A stretch of DNA of 64,000 nt from positions 26,575 through 90,574 of the IMG/VR virus record IMGVR_UViG_3300010885_061525; one strand, 5' to 3'. The notes beneath the pieces are model-generated. The model was not told the origin of the DNA. It was given only the letters and a program-made list of their open reading frames with translations, and made no database searches. How positions within the stretch are numbered: position 1 is the stretch's first letter; the number at the start of each line of letters is the position of its first letter. Made by a program: the position numbers and the translations under genes. Below, in pieces: positions 18,996 through 31,500 of this stretch. The DNA is from a virus.

Positions 18996-19751
18996 TTAGA
19001 ATCCGCAGAATAAACTATTTGACATTTGTCTGATTGGTGACGTAATGGTAGGATGCGCAGTTTTACAAGCTCTTACAGAAGCGCTGTATTGAGAGCATAA
19101 ATTCTTCAATTTAGTGTCAACGTCTGAGCAATTCATACTAGGTTGTTGAGAACAGAATTGTGTTACTATTCTTTCTAAGCCTCTCAATAATTCTCTTTCT
19201 ACATTGCAATAACATGAATATGCATTTATACTTTCTGCGCTACCAGGCTCAGTAGGAGTGGTATTTGCCATAGCGCATAAACTATCGACTGCCGAGCATC
19301 TATTTCTAAGCCAATTATTTACGATTGCTTGCAATTTCTTTCTGCAACGATCTAATGGATCAGAAGCGGGCATAGGGCTTGATCCCACATTCATTGCGTT
19401 CAAACATCTTGCCCATGGAATCTTATTAATAGTGCAACCATTTGTAGGTTCTACTGAAGTGGGTCTTTGGCCCCCACATCTGCTAGTTTCGCACGGTCCC
19501 TCACCAACCTGGGCTGTACGATTCGGAAAGTGTACAGAATCCATTTTCTGATTGCACATTTGTTGTAGTTCATTTCCCGAAATAATGGAGTCCGCAGTAC
19601 TTAGATTGGTACAACTTACGTAAGAACCATCGCGCTCTCTTATGCAGCAGTGTGATACGACGCTATAAACGTAAGGCCCTTCTATCGCTGGTTGCACGAA
19701 GGCCGCAGAAGCTCTCATCAATTTATCAAGTATTACATTTAATTTATTCAT
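18996..19751 (-). CDS. Cys-rich orphan, leader family
   Basis: ATGA-coupled start at 19751 gives MNKLNVILDKLMRASAAFVQP; about 18 Cys. Confidence 0.75.
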   Translation of the reverse strand: MNKLNVILDKLMRASAAFVQPAIEGPYVYSVVSHCCIRERDGSYVSCTNLSTADSIISGNELQQMCNQKMDSVHFPNRTAQVGEGPCETSRCGGQRPTSVEPTNGCTINKIPWARCLNAMNVGSSPMPASDPLDRCRKKLQAIVNNWLRNRCSAVDSLCAMANTTPTEPGSAESINAYSCYCNVERELLRGLERIVTQFCSQQPSMNCSDVDTKLKNLCSQYSASVRACKTAHPTITSPIRQMSNSLFCGF

Positions 19752-19966
19752 TTGATACCTAAAAAGTGAGTTACAAAGGTAATACCTACCGAAGCGAGAC
19801 ACGCGACCATTGCCGATCCAAAATACATTTTAGTCTTTAATATAGCTATTTCTTGCTTTATATGACTTAAATCTTCTTCAATCCGACTAAGTCTTAGATT
19901 AGACCTTGTCAGCTCTGAAAGTATTAGTTTTTTGTATTCGCCCCAGCCATTATTATCTTCTTCCAT
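19748..19966 (-). CDS. Small coiled-coil + C-terminal TM protein (holin/XhlA-like)
   Basis: Heptad region LSRIEEDLSHIKQEIAILK then hydrophobic tail. Confidence 0.6.
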   Translation of the reverse strand: MEEDNNGWGEYKKLILSELTRSNLRLSRIEEDLSHIKQEIAILKTKMYFGSAMVACLASVGITFVTHFLGIK

Positions 19967-19975
19967 TCAATACCT

Positions 19976-20674
19976 CTATAGATACTCTATTATACACGAA
20001 AATGGCATTAATGGAGTAGAATTTATATCTCTCGGCTTTATGGCTAAAGCTAAATACCAATCGTGTGTATTGGACGGAATTCCTGTACTGCCAACCTTGG
20101 AATAAAGTCCGCTAGGACCAGGATTTGCGGTTAGGCTTATTGAAGTATTAGCCAAATATAATAATGAAGACCAAGATGTTGATCCTGATCCAATCACTCC
20201 CGTGGAGTTAGATGGATGACTTATTTCAGCCACATATATATCGACAGAATCAGATCTGTTGTTTAAGGGTTTGGCGAGGACATCAACTCCACCTGAATAG
20301 TATAATACGTCTAATCCCGATGCTGTCACATAGGCGGATGTTACATTATAAGAGGTTGCTCCTGTAGCGTTTCCAAAATTTATATTTATGGTTGAAGATG
20401 AATTTGGAATACGAACAAGAGAAATTTGCGTCTCCTCTGATTCATCAAATGATATTGATCCTGAAGTTGAACCAAAGGGCTTGATGTTATTAGCTGAAAT
20501 GTGTCTTTTATACGAATTAGAATTCAATATATTAGTACGATCTTGGTACTCACCAACTTTTATTTTAAAATTGGCTCCAGTTCCAGCGAATCCAAATACG
20601 TCAGTTCCTAAATTCTCATGCAGTATACCGCTAGCAGCATTGAATAGAGGGATTCTGAATTTTATCGCAGGCAT
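19976..20674 (-). CDS. Virion structural protein (paralog of 20674-21318)
   Basis: Shared EYQDRT, GSGSTSW, PGxSGL, THDWY, IEYL with neighbour. Confidence 0.7.
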   Translation of the reverse strand: MPAIKFRIPLFNAASGILHENLGTDVFGFAGTGANFKIKVGEYQDRTNILNSNSYKRHISANNIKPFGSTSGSISFDESEETQISLVRIPNSSSTININFGNATGATSYNVTSAYVTASGLDVLYYSGGVDVLAKPLNNRSDSVDIYVAEISHPSNSTGVIGSGSTSWSSLLYLANTSISLTANPGPSGLYSKVGSTGIPSNTHDWYLALAIKPRDINSTPLMPFSCIIEYL

Positions 20675-21318
20675 TACAGGTACTCAATAGAAAAGTAAAG
20701 TCCAAACGCAGTATGTGAGCCAATCCCTGTAGGAGAGGCAGATAAACAAACGTACCAATCGTGAGTTGTTGAATAAGTATTCGATCCACTGGGTCTCAAT
20801 CCGCTTAAACCCGGACTGTCCGTTAGAGAAAGATACGGCGAGCTTCCGCTGCACGAAACCCATGAAGTAGAACCAGATCCAAGCACCGCTTGACTCGTCT
20901 CTGGATGCACTACTTCACATGCTTGACAAATTACCCCAACTGGACCGGTGTTAATATCTGATCTGTTGTATACTTGTATTTTTCCGTTTTGAGTTCTAAC
21001 AGAAGAGTCATTAGTAAATCTAACATTTAAAGTAGACTTGTAATTTGGAATGTTCTTAATACCAATAGTGGCATCCGCAGTTCCTCCTCTTGATATTAAA
21101 GCGCCTGTTGCGCTGACATATTTAACATTGTCTATTTCCGCGCTTACCGCAGTTCCGTTTGCGTTGGAAATGAAAGTTCTATCCTGATACTCGTTTATTC
21201 TAACGCTAGAATAAGCTCCGCTATTACCAAAAAATCCTAGTCCAGAGCCGCTCATATTCTGAACGCCAGAATTTATCGCCCCAACACCCTCATTCGCGAA
21301 AAAAGTTACAGTTGCCAT
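20674..21318 (-). CDS. Virion structural protein
   Basis: Gly/Ser/Thr-rich beta protein; own GTGTAT element (21327-21332). Confidence 0.7.
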   Translation of the reverse strand: MATVTFFANEGVGAINSGVQNMSGSGLGFFGNSGAYSSVRINEYQDRTFISNANGTAVSAEIDNVKYVSATGALISRGGTADATIGIKNIPNYKSTLNVRFTNDSSVRTQNGKIQVYNRSDINTGPVGVICQACEVVHPETSQAVLGSGSTSWVSCSGSSPYLSLTDSPGLSGLRPSGSNTYSTTHDWYVCLSASPTGIGSHTAFGLYFSIEYL

Positions 21319-21335
21319 AGTATTATATACACCTT

Positions 21336-22646
21336 TTAATTAGTTCTCTTTACTGTAGTATTCTCTCCAGCTCCAGAATCATAAGTCAGATTTCTGAACG
21401 GCCAAATTCCAGTAGAACACGATCCGTCGTGAGCGTTTGGGCAACTGAAGTAATATACAGGACCATAATTTGTTACACTATTATTATCCATTCCTGTAAG
21501 TCTAGTACCCTCTACTATCGTGTTATGAGAAATAGCCTTAATTGAGAATCCTGACGGATAAGCACTTTTTGATCCGCCAGGAATAACGACTCCAGTCCAA
21601 TTCAAGTTTGGAGTAGAATTATTTAATGCTACATCCTTTAAAACGGTTATAACTCCTGGAGATACCATTCCTCTTTGACCTACAGGATTTCCAAATTCAA
21701 TTAAATTTATCGCTTGAGTATAGACTGCCGGTACATATGCTTTAAATCCACCCCAAGGACTGGCCCCAAATCCCTCATTATATGTTTTTTCAAAATAAAC
21801 TACTTCAGCCTTATAGAGATATCTGTTGCAAAACCCAAGTCCAGCGGCTGTCCATTGGTCATCATCTGCTGCAAGAGGGGCTGGGTATCCTTCATTACTG
21901 TTCCATTCAATTCGTAAAAATACATTTTGCGTTGTATTATGATTAAATATATATATAGGCTTAAGAGTGAAGTCTGGATCCGAAGCTTGGTTCGGCGCCA
22001 AATAAGACTTTAATTCAATTATAGTTCCGCTAGCCACTTCTTGAAAAACGGCATCTTTTTCATTTAAAGTAAGCTCTGATAAATTAATAGCCTTTCCCTG
22101 AGCAGGTGCAGTAATAGTTCTATTAATTGGATCTTTAGCGGTTCCGCCTATGACATCCTTCGTTATTTCAACTTCTTCCCAGCCATATATATTATAAACA
22201 TTTTTATTGGCTCCAGCTTTTTCCACGTATGTTATCTTGCCTAAAAATACAGGGTCCGCTTGCCAAACTCCGTGTCTTTGGTTATACCTTACGTCTAAAG
22301 CTCCTGCCACATATTTTTCTGCTGGAACTTCAGCTCCGTATGGAGCAGGAGTCCCTCTTGTATCTATCGATGAGCCAGAGTTATTAGCAAACCCATATTG
22401 CGCGCTATTATCTTTAGATCCATTGTTAAGATTTGTCAAGCTAGTAGCTTGGCTTGGCGCCGGTCTTCCAAATATATCATATCCCCATCCTGCTATAATT
22501 AAAGGACCTTTGTGCGCCATTCCTCTTGCGTTATCCGCATTATACTCACCAGGAAAGGCTCCCATGGACACTCCAGGGCTTCCAGCATTTCTATTTATTC
22601 GCGCTCTAAAAGGATTAAGAGTATTTGTTCCAGTTGGATTTATCAT
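21336..22646 (-). CDS. Tail-tip/baseplate protein (putative)
   Basis: Position after hub gene; GPLIIAGWGYD motif; beta-rich composition. Confidence 0.6.
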   Translation of the reverse strand: MINPTGTNTLNPFRARINRNAGSPGVSMGAFPGEYNADNARGMAHKGPLIIAGWGYDIFGRPAPSQATSLTNLNNGSKDNSAQYGFANNSGSSIDTRGTPAPYGAEVPAEKYVAGALDVRYNQRHGVWQADPVFLGKITYVEKAGANKNVYNIYGWEEVEITKDVIGGTAKDPINRTITAPAQGKAINLSELTLNEKDAVFQEVASGTIIELKSYLAPNQASDPDFTLKPIYIFNHNTTQNVFLRIEWNSNEGYPAPLAADDDQWTAAGLGFCNRYLYKAEVVYFEKTYNEGFGASPWGGFKAYVPAVYTQAINLIEFGNPVGQRGMVSPGVITVLKDVALNNSTPNLNWTGVVIPGGSKSAYPSGFSIKAISHNTIVEGTRLTGMDNNSVTNYGPVYYFSCPNAHDGSCSTGIWPFRNLTYDSGAGENTTVKRTN

Positions 22647-25603
22647 GTTATAACTCCTCCCTCTATTGTAGGAACTCGATTCTTTGCGTTTGAAGCGGGA
22701 ATAGTAGTATATACAGTGAATAGTGAGCTTAACTTTGCATCTGCTGATTCTTTATAAGCGTTATTATCTAACTCGGCTCTAGTTTTCACAACGTTTGGAT
22801 TTTTAACCGTTGTTTCAGACGACTGTCCTACTGAATTAATATGTCCCGTTAAAGTAGAAACTCCTGGACTGTTTTGAGACTGAGGCATATAACCACCGTA
22901 ATTATTTTTCATGAATTGAGCTTCCATGTCTTCAAATATCTTACCGAAATTTATTACTCCACTGCGATTATTAGATGCTGAAAATGAATTATATGAAATA
23001 GCCTCTAACTCTGGTCTTTTTGTGAAGCCGATGGGGCCAAAAAACGTCTTAAATTTATAAGTTGTTTTCACTCCATCTGTTCCAAAACTAAGACTTATAT
23101 CGCTAATATTACCCATATTGTCTGTTCCAGATTTTATTTCATAACCAAGATCAAATTCAGGATAGCCTTCAACGGTTACTGTCGCATATGACGTTGTATG
23201 AGTTTCAGTGTTGGCTCTTTGGGCTATTATCTTTGCGGCGTCTGTCATTCTTTGATAAGAACCATAATTTCAAGGATTTAACCTAGCATCTTCTATAACG
23301 TTAACGGGTCTGTTGTTATTACTTCCGTCTACCCAAGGACCGTATTTAATAAAATTCCATTGTAATGGAATATAAAAACCGCTCAAATTACTGTTGAAGT
23401 CAGATAGTCGATATTCAGCCAAGTTTAAATATTCTTGAAGGCCAATTGCTGAGGACTGAAGATATAAAAGATGGCTTACTCCTATAACTTTTGCTGCTAA
23501 ATTCATTCGCTTTCTAATTCCAGTCGAATTCAAAAGCGTGTCGTTGTCAGAAACAACTGTAAAACCTGATATTATCCTAGAAATAAATTCAAGATAGCCC
23601 CCCGTTTTATCGAATTTAGTTATTGGAGAAGCTGCGGCCGCAAGACTCCAAGTAGTTATTACATTATTAGAATCTCTTACCACTGTTAATTTATAATAAG
23701 AGCCTATTCCACAGTTCAATGGATCGTTTAGTGTAACTACCGCAAATCTAGGGTCATACCTATAAGGCTCCACCGAAACTCCAGAATATAAAAGCGTTCC
23801 AGGTGTTAATATTCCCTCTGCCACGGTACTACTAGACCAAATGGAGTTGAAAGGACTAAATTGTTCATATCTTAAGTAATTATAATTTGGGGCTATGGTG
23901 GATATACTAAAATATGCAAAACACTTGAATAAACCATTTGGATTTCTAAATCCAGCTGAATCAGAATTTAATAACGAAATTGGGAATGTTATTGGTGTAG
24001 TATTAGTGTAATTAGCAATGTTAGGGGCCGCGTCAACTACTTCATATTCTATTGGTATTTTCTTTTGATTGTTGACATATGAAGGTCCTATCTCAGTACA
24101 TATAGCTGAATCAGGAAGTCTGCACATAAACTTTTTCCCATAATACTCTTGAGCAACTCTAAGAGTCGCTTGGTAACAAGCCTCCTTAATAGCTTCATTT
24201 AGAACGTCTGAATATTGACTGACAACAGAAACAAAAGGGTCTCCGTTTTCAATAGAAAAAGCGGGAGAAAGTATTCCTAACTGGCCAGGATTCATTGAAA
24301 AATTAGCTGTTGTCTGCTCCGTCTCTGCACCAAAACCATATCCTATATCATAATCATTATATATATTATATCGCACATTCTTTGGCGCTCCAGAACTTAT
24401 ATCTCTATATTCATACCATATTGCACTCACCCACGAATCTTTCGAATGCAAAGCTGCTCTTAAAACTGTTTCTGTAACAATATATCCCTTTCTACTTGCC
24501 GACAATTGATCTTTTACAGCAGTTGGAAAAGCTACTATACTGTTGCCGTTAACATCTACAGTGTTTGTAACAGAAGGAGCTATGGTCGTGTTTATAACCT
24601 TTAATGTTACCGTTGGAGGATTAGTCCACCCACCAATATTGGTAAAATCTAAACTTACGAATGGCATATCTATGGCTATACCATTACCTAGCTCAGAAAA
24701 AATATTAAATGTTCCACCCGGATGAGTGTTCCAAAGAGTTCTAACTCTATCTCCAACTACTATTGCGACCGAAGGCTCTTGTCTTAATTCTCTTCCGACC
24801 TCCCAAGAACTTACTCTATCAGCTCTATCACTTATAAAAGTTTCCAAATCATTCTCCGCATTAAATACGTACTGATTTTTTCTTTTTATGCCGAAAATTT
24901 GAATAGTATTATACCCCGGATTAACTGTTAAATTAATTTTTATATACCAATCCATGCCAGCGTCTTTTGCTGCTTGATTAATAGCCTCTTCTACTGATCC
25001 GACTTGCTGTTTTAATCTATATCCTCCAATTAAATTTTGAGAGAAAGAAGAATGTAACGCTATTTTAAAATTTTTGCTATAGAAACCAAAAGTTTTTTGA
25101 GACAAAGCGGTCATCAATGTAGCAAATCCAACACCCTGACTATGCCAATCTAATGTAACAGGATTATCAAAAATAGCAGGAGAACAAAATATATTCCAAG
25201 TAGTTGCGTTAAATGAAGTTGTATTTATATTTAAATTTACATCATTTATAATTGGAATTTGCGACAGTAAAAATCTAGGGTCTGACATCTCAAGGTATAT
25301 TAAATTTCCAGAAGTTGATTTTGTTCTTCTATAACCGGTAACAAAGCCTGTGAAATTTAGATTCTCGTCTGGCGTTGAAAACGTTGCTAAAGTTCCAGGA
25401 TTTCCACTTGCTAAGGGGGTGCCTCCTGATGTTGCCGCAAGTTCATTGGCTATTGAATGATCATCAGCAAGAAAATTATCTGAATTGTCAAAATCTTCTG
25501 CCAAAGTGATAGACATAGTCGATGGATTCGAGTTGAACCCCATCGTTGATGAAAAGCTGACAACACTACATCCTAAAAATTTAATAGTTGATATAGTTGT
25601 CAT
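22643..25603 (-). CDS. Tail hub/tip protein interrupted by a single in-frame TGA at 23272-23270
   Basis: ORFs 23270-25603 and 22643-23248 are in the same frame, joined by TGA-N-Y-G-S-Y-Q-R; FLGCSVVSFS N-terminus typical of post-tape-measure tail proteins. Confidence 0.65.
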
Positions 25604-27112
25604 TTATTTCTCCACGTATCCAATATTCATAGAATATTTTCCGGCAATTATATCCAAATTATGTGAGAAAGATGTTTGCCAATAATCTGAGTTTGCCGTA
25701 CCGGTAGGAGTCGCTCCTAATTTTCCTAGGAAAACGAAGCCGGAGGTCTTATAACCATTCATCAAATCAAATGTGGTTCCAGAAGATGATAAAATAAAAT
25801 TAGCGGTAACAGATCTCTTTTTAGTCTGCCTTGTTACTATATCTTGAATTATTGGACCTTCTGCTCTGCCAGGTATGGCAATCTCCGCAATAACTCTTTC
25901 ATCTATATTTTTAGACACGCTTAATTCTACGTCGTAAAAACAAGCGGGTAATTCGGCTATCTTTTTATAAAACTCATACTCATAACCTATGGTTCCAGCA
26001 AAATCATTGTGACTTACTACTGAATTCAAAGGTCCTAAAATTGACGGACTAGAAACTCCAAAAGCTGTGGCTATTCTACCCTTTAATATTGCAGTCGTTA
26101 TAGTTGTAAAATAAGAAGTGGCGGCGTCATATGCGTCGTTTTTTGTATTTGAATTGCTTCCTTTGATTGATCCGCTTAATTTATAGCTAGTCTTATTTCC
26201 AATGATCGAATCGCTTTTTGATAAAGTATATTCATCTAACGAATACCTTCCTACACTCTTAACGGGTCCGTAAGTCCATGTTACGGTAACTCCATAATCG
26301 CCATTCAATCGGTCCATCTCTTCGGCAAGAACCGCTCCTACATATTCGTAGTCACCTGGAAGATCAACAATCGGAACTCCCGATATAGCTAATGTGGGAG
26401 CAGATCTAGGATCTGCAGGAAATTGTGCCTTAACCCACTCTCTTGCAAACTGCCACCCGCTTGTTGCGTTTATACCTCCTTGGATCTCATTATCAAATGA
26501 CTTATAACCTTGAGCTTTGACCGATCTCGTTACCGATACTGTTTCATCTCTATCCGGCGATCTAGATATACTCATAGAGTCGTTAGCTGATCTTAAGTTG
26601 TAATCTTGAAAAGAGCCAGAGGCTGGATTTATACTTTTGCCATTAAGTCTCACATCATTAGCGGTGAAATTAATAGTATAATTTGAAATAGTAGTAACGG
26701 TAGAAGGTTCGAACTCTATATTTCCAGCTAAATAATTAAATTCTATTCTGGTGCTTGTTTGCTGATTAATGTCTCCTCTCGTGTTAATTATCTCTACTTT
26801 TTTATTAGAACTATAGCCCGATCCTTCTAGTAAGACCAATTCCTTTATTGCTGCCTGTTTGTTTAGAAGTGATTCAAACCACTTCCTATCTGTATCTACG
26901 CTGGGTTCGAATAAATCTAAATCCTGATCAGTACTATTAGACATTGCGCCAGCGCTCGTCGGATACCCTCTATCCGCGACCAATGATCCTGTAAGAGTGA
27001 TGTTATATGTACATGACAAAATCACTCCACCTGCAGTTCTATTTATATCGTGAGATATTGCATAAAGGGGGGCTGGTACTATTCTTTTTCCGTCGATCCA
27101 TACGTTAGCCAT
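25604..27112 (-). CDS. Tail protein (distal tail/baseplate-like)
   Basis: IVPAPLY...ITLTGSL, IPGRAEGPIIQD; position downstream of tape measure. Confidence 0.65.
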   Translation of the reverse strand: MANVWIDGKRIVPAPLYAISHDINRTAGGVILSCTYNITLTGSLVADRGYPTSAGAMSNSTDQDLDLFEPSVDTDRKWFESLLNKQAAIKELVLLEGSGYSSNKKVEIINTRGDINQQTSTRIEFNYLAGNIEFEPSTVTTISNYTINFTANDVRLNGKSINPASGSFQDYNLRSANDSMSISRSPDRDETVSVTRSVKAQGYKSFDNEIQGGINATSGWQFAREWVKAQFPADPRSAPTLAISGVPIVDLPGDYEYVGAVLAEEMDRLNGDYGVTVTWTYGPVKSVGRYSLDEYTLSKSDSIIGNKTSYKLSGSIKGSNSNTKNDAYDAATSYFTTITTAILKGRIATAFGVSSPSILGPLNSVVSHNDFAGTIGYEYEFYKKIAELPACFYDVELSVSKNIDERVIAEIAIPGRAEGPIIQDIVTRQTKKRSVTANFILSSSGTTFDLMNGYKTSGFVFLGKLGATPTGTANSDYWQTSFSHNLDIIAGKYSMNIGYVEK

Positions 27113-27899
27113 TTCTTAATACTCCTGATGCTATTCTTTGTCCAATCCAATTGATTCCATGATCGTAAGAATAAAAATCAAATATATCCATTTCTCCAGA
27201 AGTTGGAGCATATCCGCTCGGTGTAAGTTTTGGATATCTATTTAATGCTGAAGTCCATTGTCCGGAAGGAAAATGTATGTTTCCATTCGCTTGCCCTGTT
27301 GCGGGCCAAGATAAATCTCTACTTCCTGAGCCATCCTGTACTACTACTAATCGAAGCCAATAAGCTCTGTCAGTAGCAGCATAATAGTCATTTAAAATAA
27401 AAGTTGGGGTTGATATGGAAACGGTAGTTGACGAAGAAGTTATCGTAGCCTTGAATACAGGGCCTGTTTCGGGGTTTATGCTTATGCTACTAACCAGCCC
27501 GAGATTATTCATTACATATCCAAATGGGCCTGCCCCAAAGTTTGAAATGGTTCCATTGGACACCCCTCCTCCGTTTGATATAAGATCTATATCTCCTCCT
27601 AAAGTAAATAATCCCCTATTACTATCTACGGTAAGGACTTTGTTTGATTGAAAAATACCATCAGAAACAGATCTATTGAGTTTATTTAAGTCATCAACTG
27701 AGGCTATTAAACTTGTCCCGGAAAGGGATATTGCCCCAGATACATCAACTCCTGAAGTAGATATGCTGATAATTGAATCAGTACCACCTCCATCCCCCAC
27801 TCTTTTAAGCGTGGAGTTTAAACCAGTATTACTATTACTTATTTTAAGTAAATCTATATAAGATTCAGAAGGCGTTTGTCCAGTTAAAGGTGTTCCCAT
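27105..27899 (-). CDS. Tail fibre/receptor-binding-like protein
   Basis: SYIDLLK N-terminus; C-terminal LVVVQDGSGSR...W...DIFDFYSYDHGINWIG fibre module. Confidence 0.65.
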   Translation of the reverse strand: MGTPLTGQTPSESYIDLLKISNSNTGLNSTLKRVGDGGGTDSIISISTSGVDVSGAISLSGTSLIASVDDLNKLNRSVSDGIFQSNKVLTVDSNRGLFTLGGDIDLISNGGGVSNGTISNFGAGPFGYVMNNLGLVSSISINPETGPVFKATITSSSTTVSISTPTFILNDYYAATDRAYWLRLVVVQDGSGSRDLSWPATGQANGNIHFPSGQWTSALNRYPKLTPSGYAPTSGEMDIFDFYSYDHGINWIGQRIASGVLRNG

Positions 27900-27905
27900 A
27901 TTTAA

Positions 27906-28535
27906 TTATATACCCGACACGAATAGTTTTATTATTCCTGTCGAATCTCCATAAGAATCGCAAAATATAGTGATATATCCACTAGAGTCCGGATACGATC
28001 CGCTCATAACCATTTCTAAATAAGAACTTATTGCATCGTGACCGACTGTATTCAATGTAATACTATCATATTTTATTAATTCATTGTTTTCAGCATAAAC
28101 AAATAAACCAATAGATTGATCTATAAATCCCTCTCCGCTGTTATTAACAAAAAGAGGCATTGCTCCCGAAGTTGAAACCCTGTAAGCGCCCTTCGAGAAA
28201 AGAGTCATCTCATTTTTAACACCAGAAGTTCCTGCTGAGAAATATGGTATATATTCCCAATCTTGGCAAAAATTGGGCGCTCCTGTTGAGCATGAAATAT
28301 TATACGCAGACCACTGATTTCCTAAACTTTCCCAAGAGTTTGTTTTTGATATAGCTGCAAGATATAAAGATAAAGATTCTGTTTTAGTTTCTTTTGCTTG
28401 AAGAAATAAAGGCATTGCCCCAGAAGACACATTGCCCGTTCCAGATATAAACAATGACGCAGTTCCAGAGGCATTATCAAATGAACCTGTGAAGTATAAA
28501 TACGCTGCATTGTTTATTTTAATTGGAACAGACAT
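27906..28535 (-). CDS. Virion protein with repeated 'SG.MPLF/LxLxxxG' units
   Basis: Repeats SGAMPLF twice and related units. Confidence 0.6.
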   Translation of the reverse strand: MSVPIKINNAAYLYFTGSFDNASGTASLFISGTGNVSSGAMPLFLQAKETKTESLSLYLAAISKTNSWESLGNQWSAYNISCSTGAPNFCQDWEYIPYFSAGTSGVKNEMTLFSKGAYRVSTSGAMPLFVNNSGEGFIDQSIGLFVYAENNELIKYDSITLNTVGHDAISSYLEMVMSGSYPDSSGYITIFCDSYGDSTGIIKLFVSGI

Positions 28536-28537
28536 TT

Positions 28538-31500
28538 TTACAATCCTGGAAGAGGTATATTGCTAGCCTGGAATACCTCTCTGAGTTTTCCAATAACATT
28601 ATCAAAAACCTTATCTCCAACGGTTCTCATTGACTCCTCTACCTTAGTAAGATCAAACGTAACGCTTATATCTTTGACTCCGCTTATTACTACATTTATC
28701 TGTTTTGGTATAGCGCTAATAGCAGCTGTTAGACTGCTTACTTGATCATTCATTATGCTTAAGTTTGCAGAAGTGGATTTGTCCATTTGCATTCTAGCCG
28801 ATTGTATTTCCGTAGCTATTTTTTGAGCGTCTTGTATGAGCTTGTTTGCTTGATCTACAGTTGATTTTATGTCTGTTGTTTTAACATCAATTCCTAAGGC
28901 TTGGAATTCTGGTCTGCTGGCTAAGGCCGCCTGTATAGCCGCAGCCAATTGCTCTCCACTTAAACCTGATTGTGTTAGCGTGTTAGCACCGATCTGTCTT
29001 GAAAAATCCATCAACTCAGTTAGTTGCTTTGTGCTTAGACCTGCAATTTGATTTTCTACAAGTCTAGCAACATTTTGGTTTGTTAGAATTGTATTTACGC
29101 CTTGATCCTTGGCGTTTGGAATGGCTCTTGTTATTGCCGCAGCTATATCATTGGCATTTCCTGCGGCTCTTGAAAGAGTCATTTTATTCATTGAATTATC
29201 AGCAGGAGTTCCTCCATATAACTTTCCAATAAGTGATTCTAACGTCGCCTTTTGTTCTGACAGCTTCTTGGATGTTATGTCTACTTGACTTCCGACTAAT
29301 TTAAACTGAGACTCCAACACCTCTAATGAATTTATTAAACCTCTCTCAATCGAGCTTCTTAAATTCATTAAACGGCCGCTAAGCTCGAATACGTTATCGC
29401 TTATATTAAAACTAGAATCTAAAGCAGCAAGTTGGCTCATTAGATCCTTTATGTATGGAAGCTCAAGAATGTTACTAGGAGCATTATTTGGCATTGATGG
29501 ATCTGCTGTCAGCGCCCTTTGAGCTTCTATACTTGTTTGTAATTGTTTGATAATAGAAAGCTCGGAACCTGCCTTACTAGGATCCCTAGTTGATATTGCT
29601 GCTGTTAACTCTGAGAGCGGATTAGCGGTCGTTGACTCAGGCGCTCTTGGCAGCTCAACTGCTCGCGCTGCTGTCGGAGGGACTTTTGGAAGTTTCTCGT
29701 CTGCTAATAGTTTACCTTGTGCGGCGAGATTAGTATTATCACTTTCTTTAATTGCATCAGAGACATTCGGACCAAGGGAGTTATGGCCTCTACTTTTATC
29801 TTTTCTGCTCTGCTGTATCACCTTCTGCATTATTACTCTTGCTTTATCTAACCGAGACTCTCTATCTTCCGACAACCCCCGCTGTTCTGCAGTATTAGGT
29901 AGCTGAGCTTGTAAACCATAAGGCAATCTCTCTTCTACAGCTGGAAATTTATATGTTTGGTTAGACCTGAGCACGTCCCCAGGTTGCTGTGCCGCAGTAC
30001 TAGGTTCCTGAATTGATAAATCATCAGATTGACCTCTAGTTTTTGCGTCTTTCACTTCCAATATCACTCGGTCCATTTTCGCTCTTGCGTCATCTAACCG
30101 AGACTCTCTATCTTTCGACAACCCCCGCTGTTCTGCAGTATTAGGTAGCTGAAGTTCTAAATTAGGACTTAGTTTGGCGTCTAATTTTAATCTCCTATAA
30201 GTCTTAGGTGGATCATCAGATTTACCTCTATTTTTATCGTTTGATGGTGATCGTTTGTCGTTAGTAGTAGTTGCATTTGAACTATTTACTACAGCTGACC
30301 CACTTTCAGTTTCTATATTTGTTTGTAATAGTCCAGCGGCAGTGGTCTTATTACCTATTATATTAGAGTTTGGTATATTTTGACGCTGGCTTAAGGCCTG
30401 TGTCTGAATATCTAAGGAAGCTTGAGCCGCCCCTCTTTGAGTTTTTAGACCAAGGGCGCCTTGAAAACCCTCTATAGTTGAGCGGTTGTCTGCAATAGCT
30501 TTGGCTAATTCAACTTGAGATTTATATGACTCTTGTTCAGCCGCAGCCCTTGCTTCTATTGTTTTTGCCTGTAATTCATATGCGTTATTTGCTAATGTTA
30601 TTAAGGCGTTTGCTTGAGCGATTTGGGCGGAACCAGCTTCGTCAACTCCTAAAAGTTTACTAGAATTAAACCCTCCGGTATTTTTATCTTGCAATGCCTT
30701 TCCTAATGCCTCTAGACTAAATGGTAACTTTCCTTGTGATCCTGATTTTTGAATAATATCAAATAATTTTTGTCCTGCGCTACCCAATCCCTTCAGATCG
30801 CCGAGCCTATCGTCTATGACTGCTCTCACGTCTTTTGCTGACTGAAATGTAGTTCCACTCGTAACCGATCCGCTTTTTGCTGCGGCCGCATCTTCTTCTT
30901 GAGTGGCCCTAGCTTGAAGCCCTCCAATCGCTTTTAAGCTTTCCGGCTCTAAATTAAGAAGTAAATTATTTTGAACATTCTTATCCGCTTGGCTGAATTG
31001 AATAAAAACTTCGTTGAGTGTGTTTTTTAATGACTGTATTTCAGGACTGTTTACTCTTTGAGCTTTTTGTCCAGTGATTGCTTCGATAGCGTTAGAAGCT
31101 GCTGCTACATTTCTATCGGTAGGATCTGTATTTATCTGCTGAATTGATCCAACCTTGAATGGAGAAGACAATATACCTTTAGTTGTTTCTAATTGAGTTG
31201 ATAGTCTTTGAGTTTCTGAAACAAGAACGCCTATTAAGGATGTTTGGCTTTTTATTGATGATGAAAGAGCGTTACTGAATACGTTTAATGAACGCTCCGC
31301 AGCATCTGATATTTCCGCTAATGATTTAAATGTAAACTTAAATCTAGTTATAGACGCAGTAAATACATCAGCCCCTTCTTCTACTGCTGTAAACTCGTCA
31401 CGTAAAGACTTGAATATTTTTTCCTCATCAAATTTAACTCCCTCAACAGTAAGTTTTTCGGCTAAAACTTTAGCGGTTTTCTCAGCAGCAGCTGTTCTTG

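Noticed and set aside
29846-30152. DGR template/variable repeat pair or CRISPR repeat
   Set aside because: Only two copies, in frame within one gene, one mismatch, and no reverse transcriptase in the window
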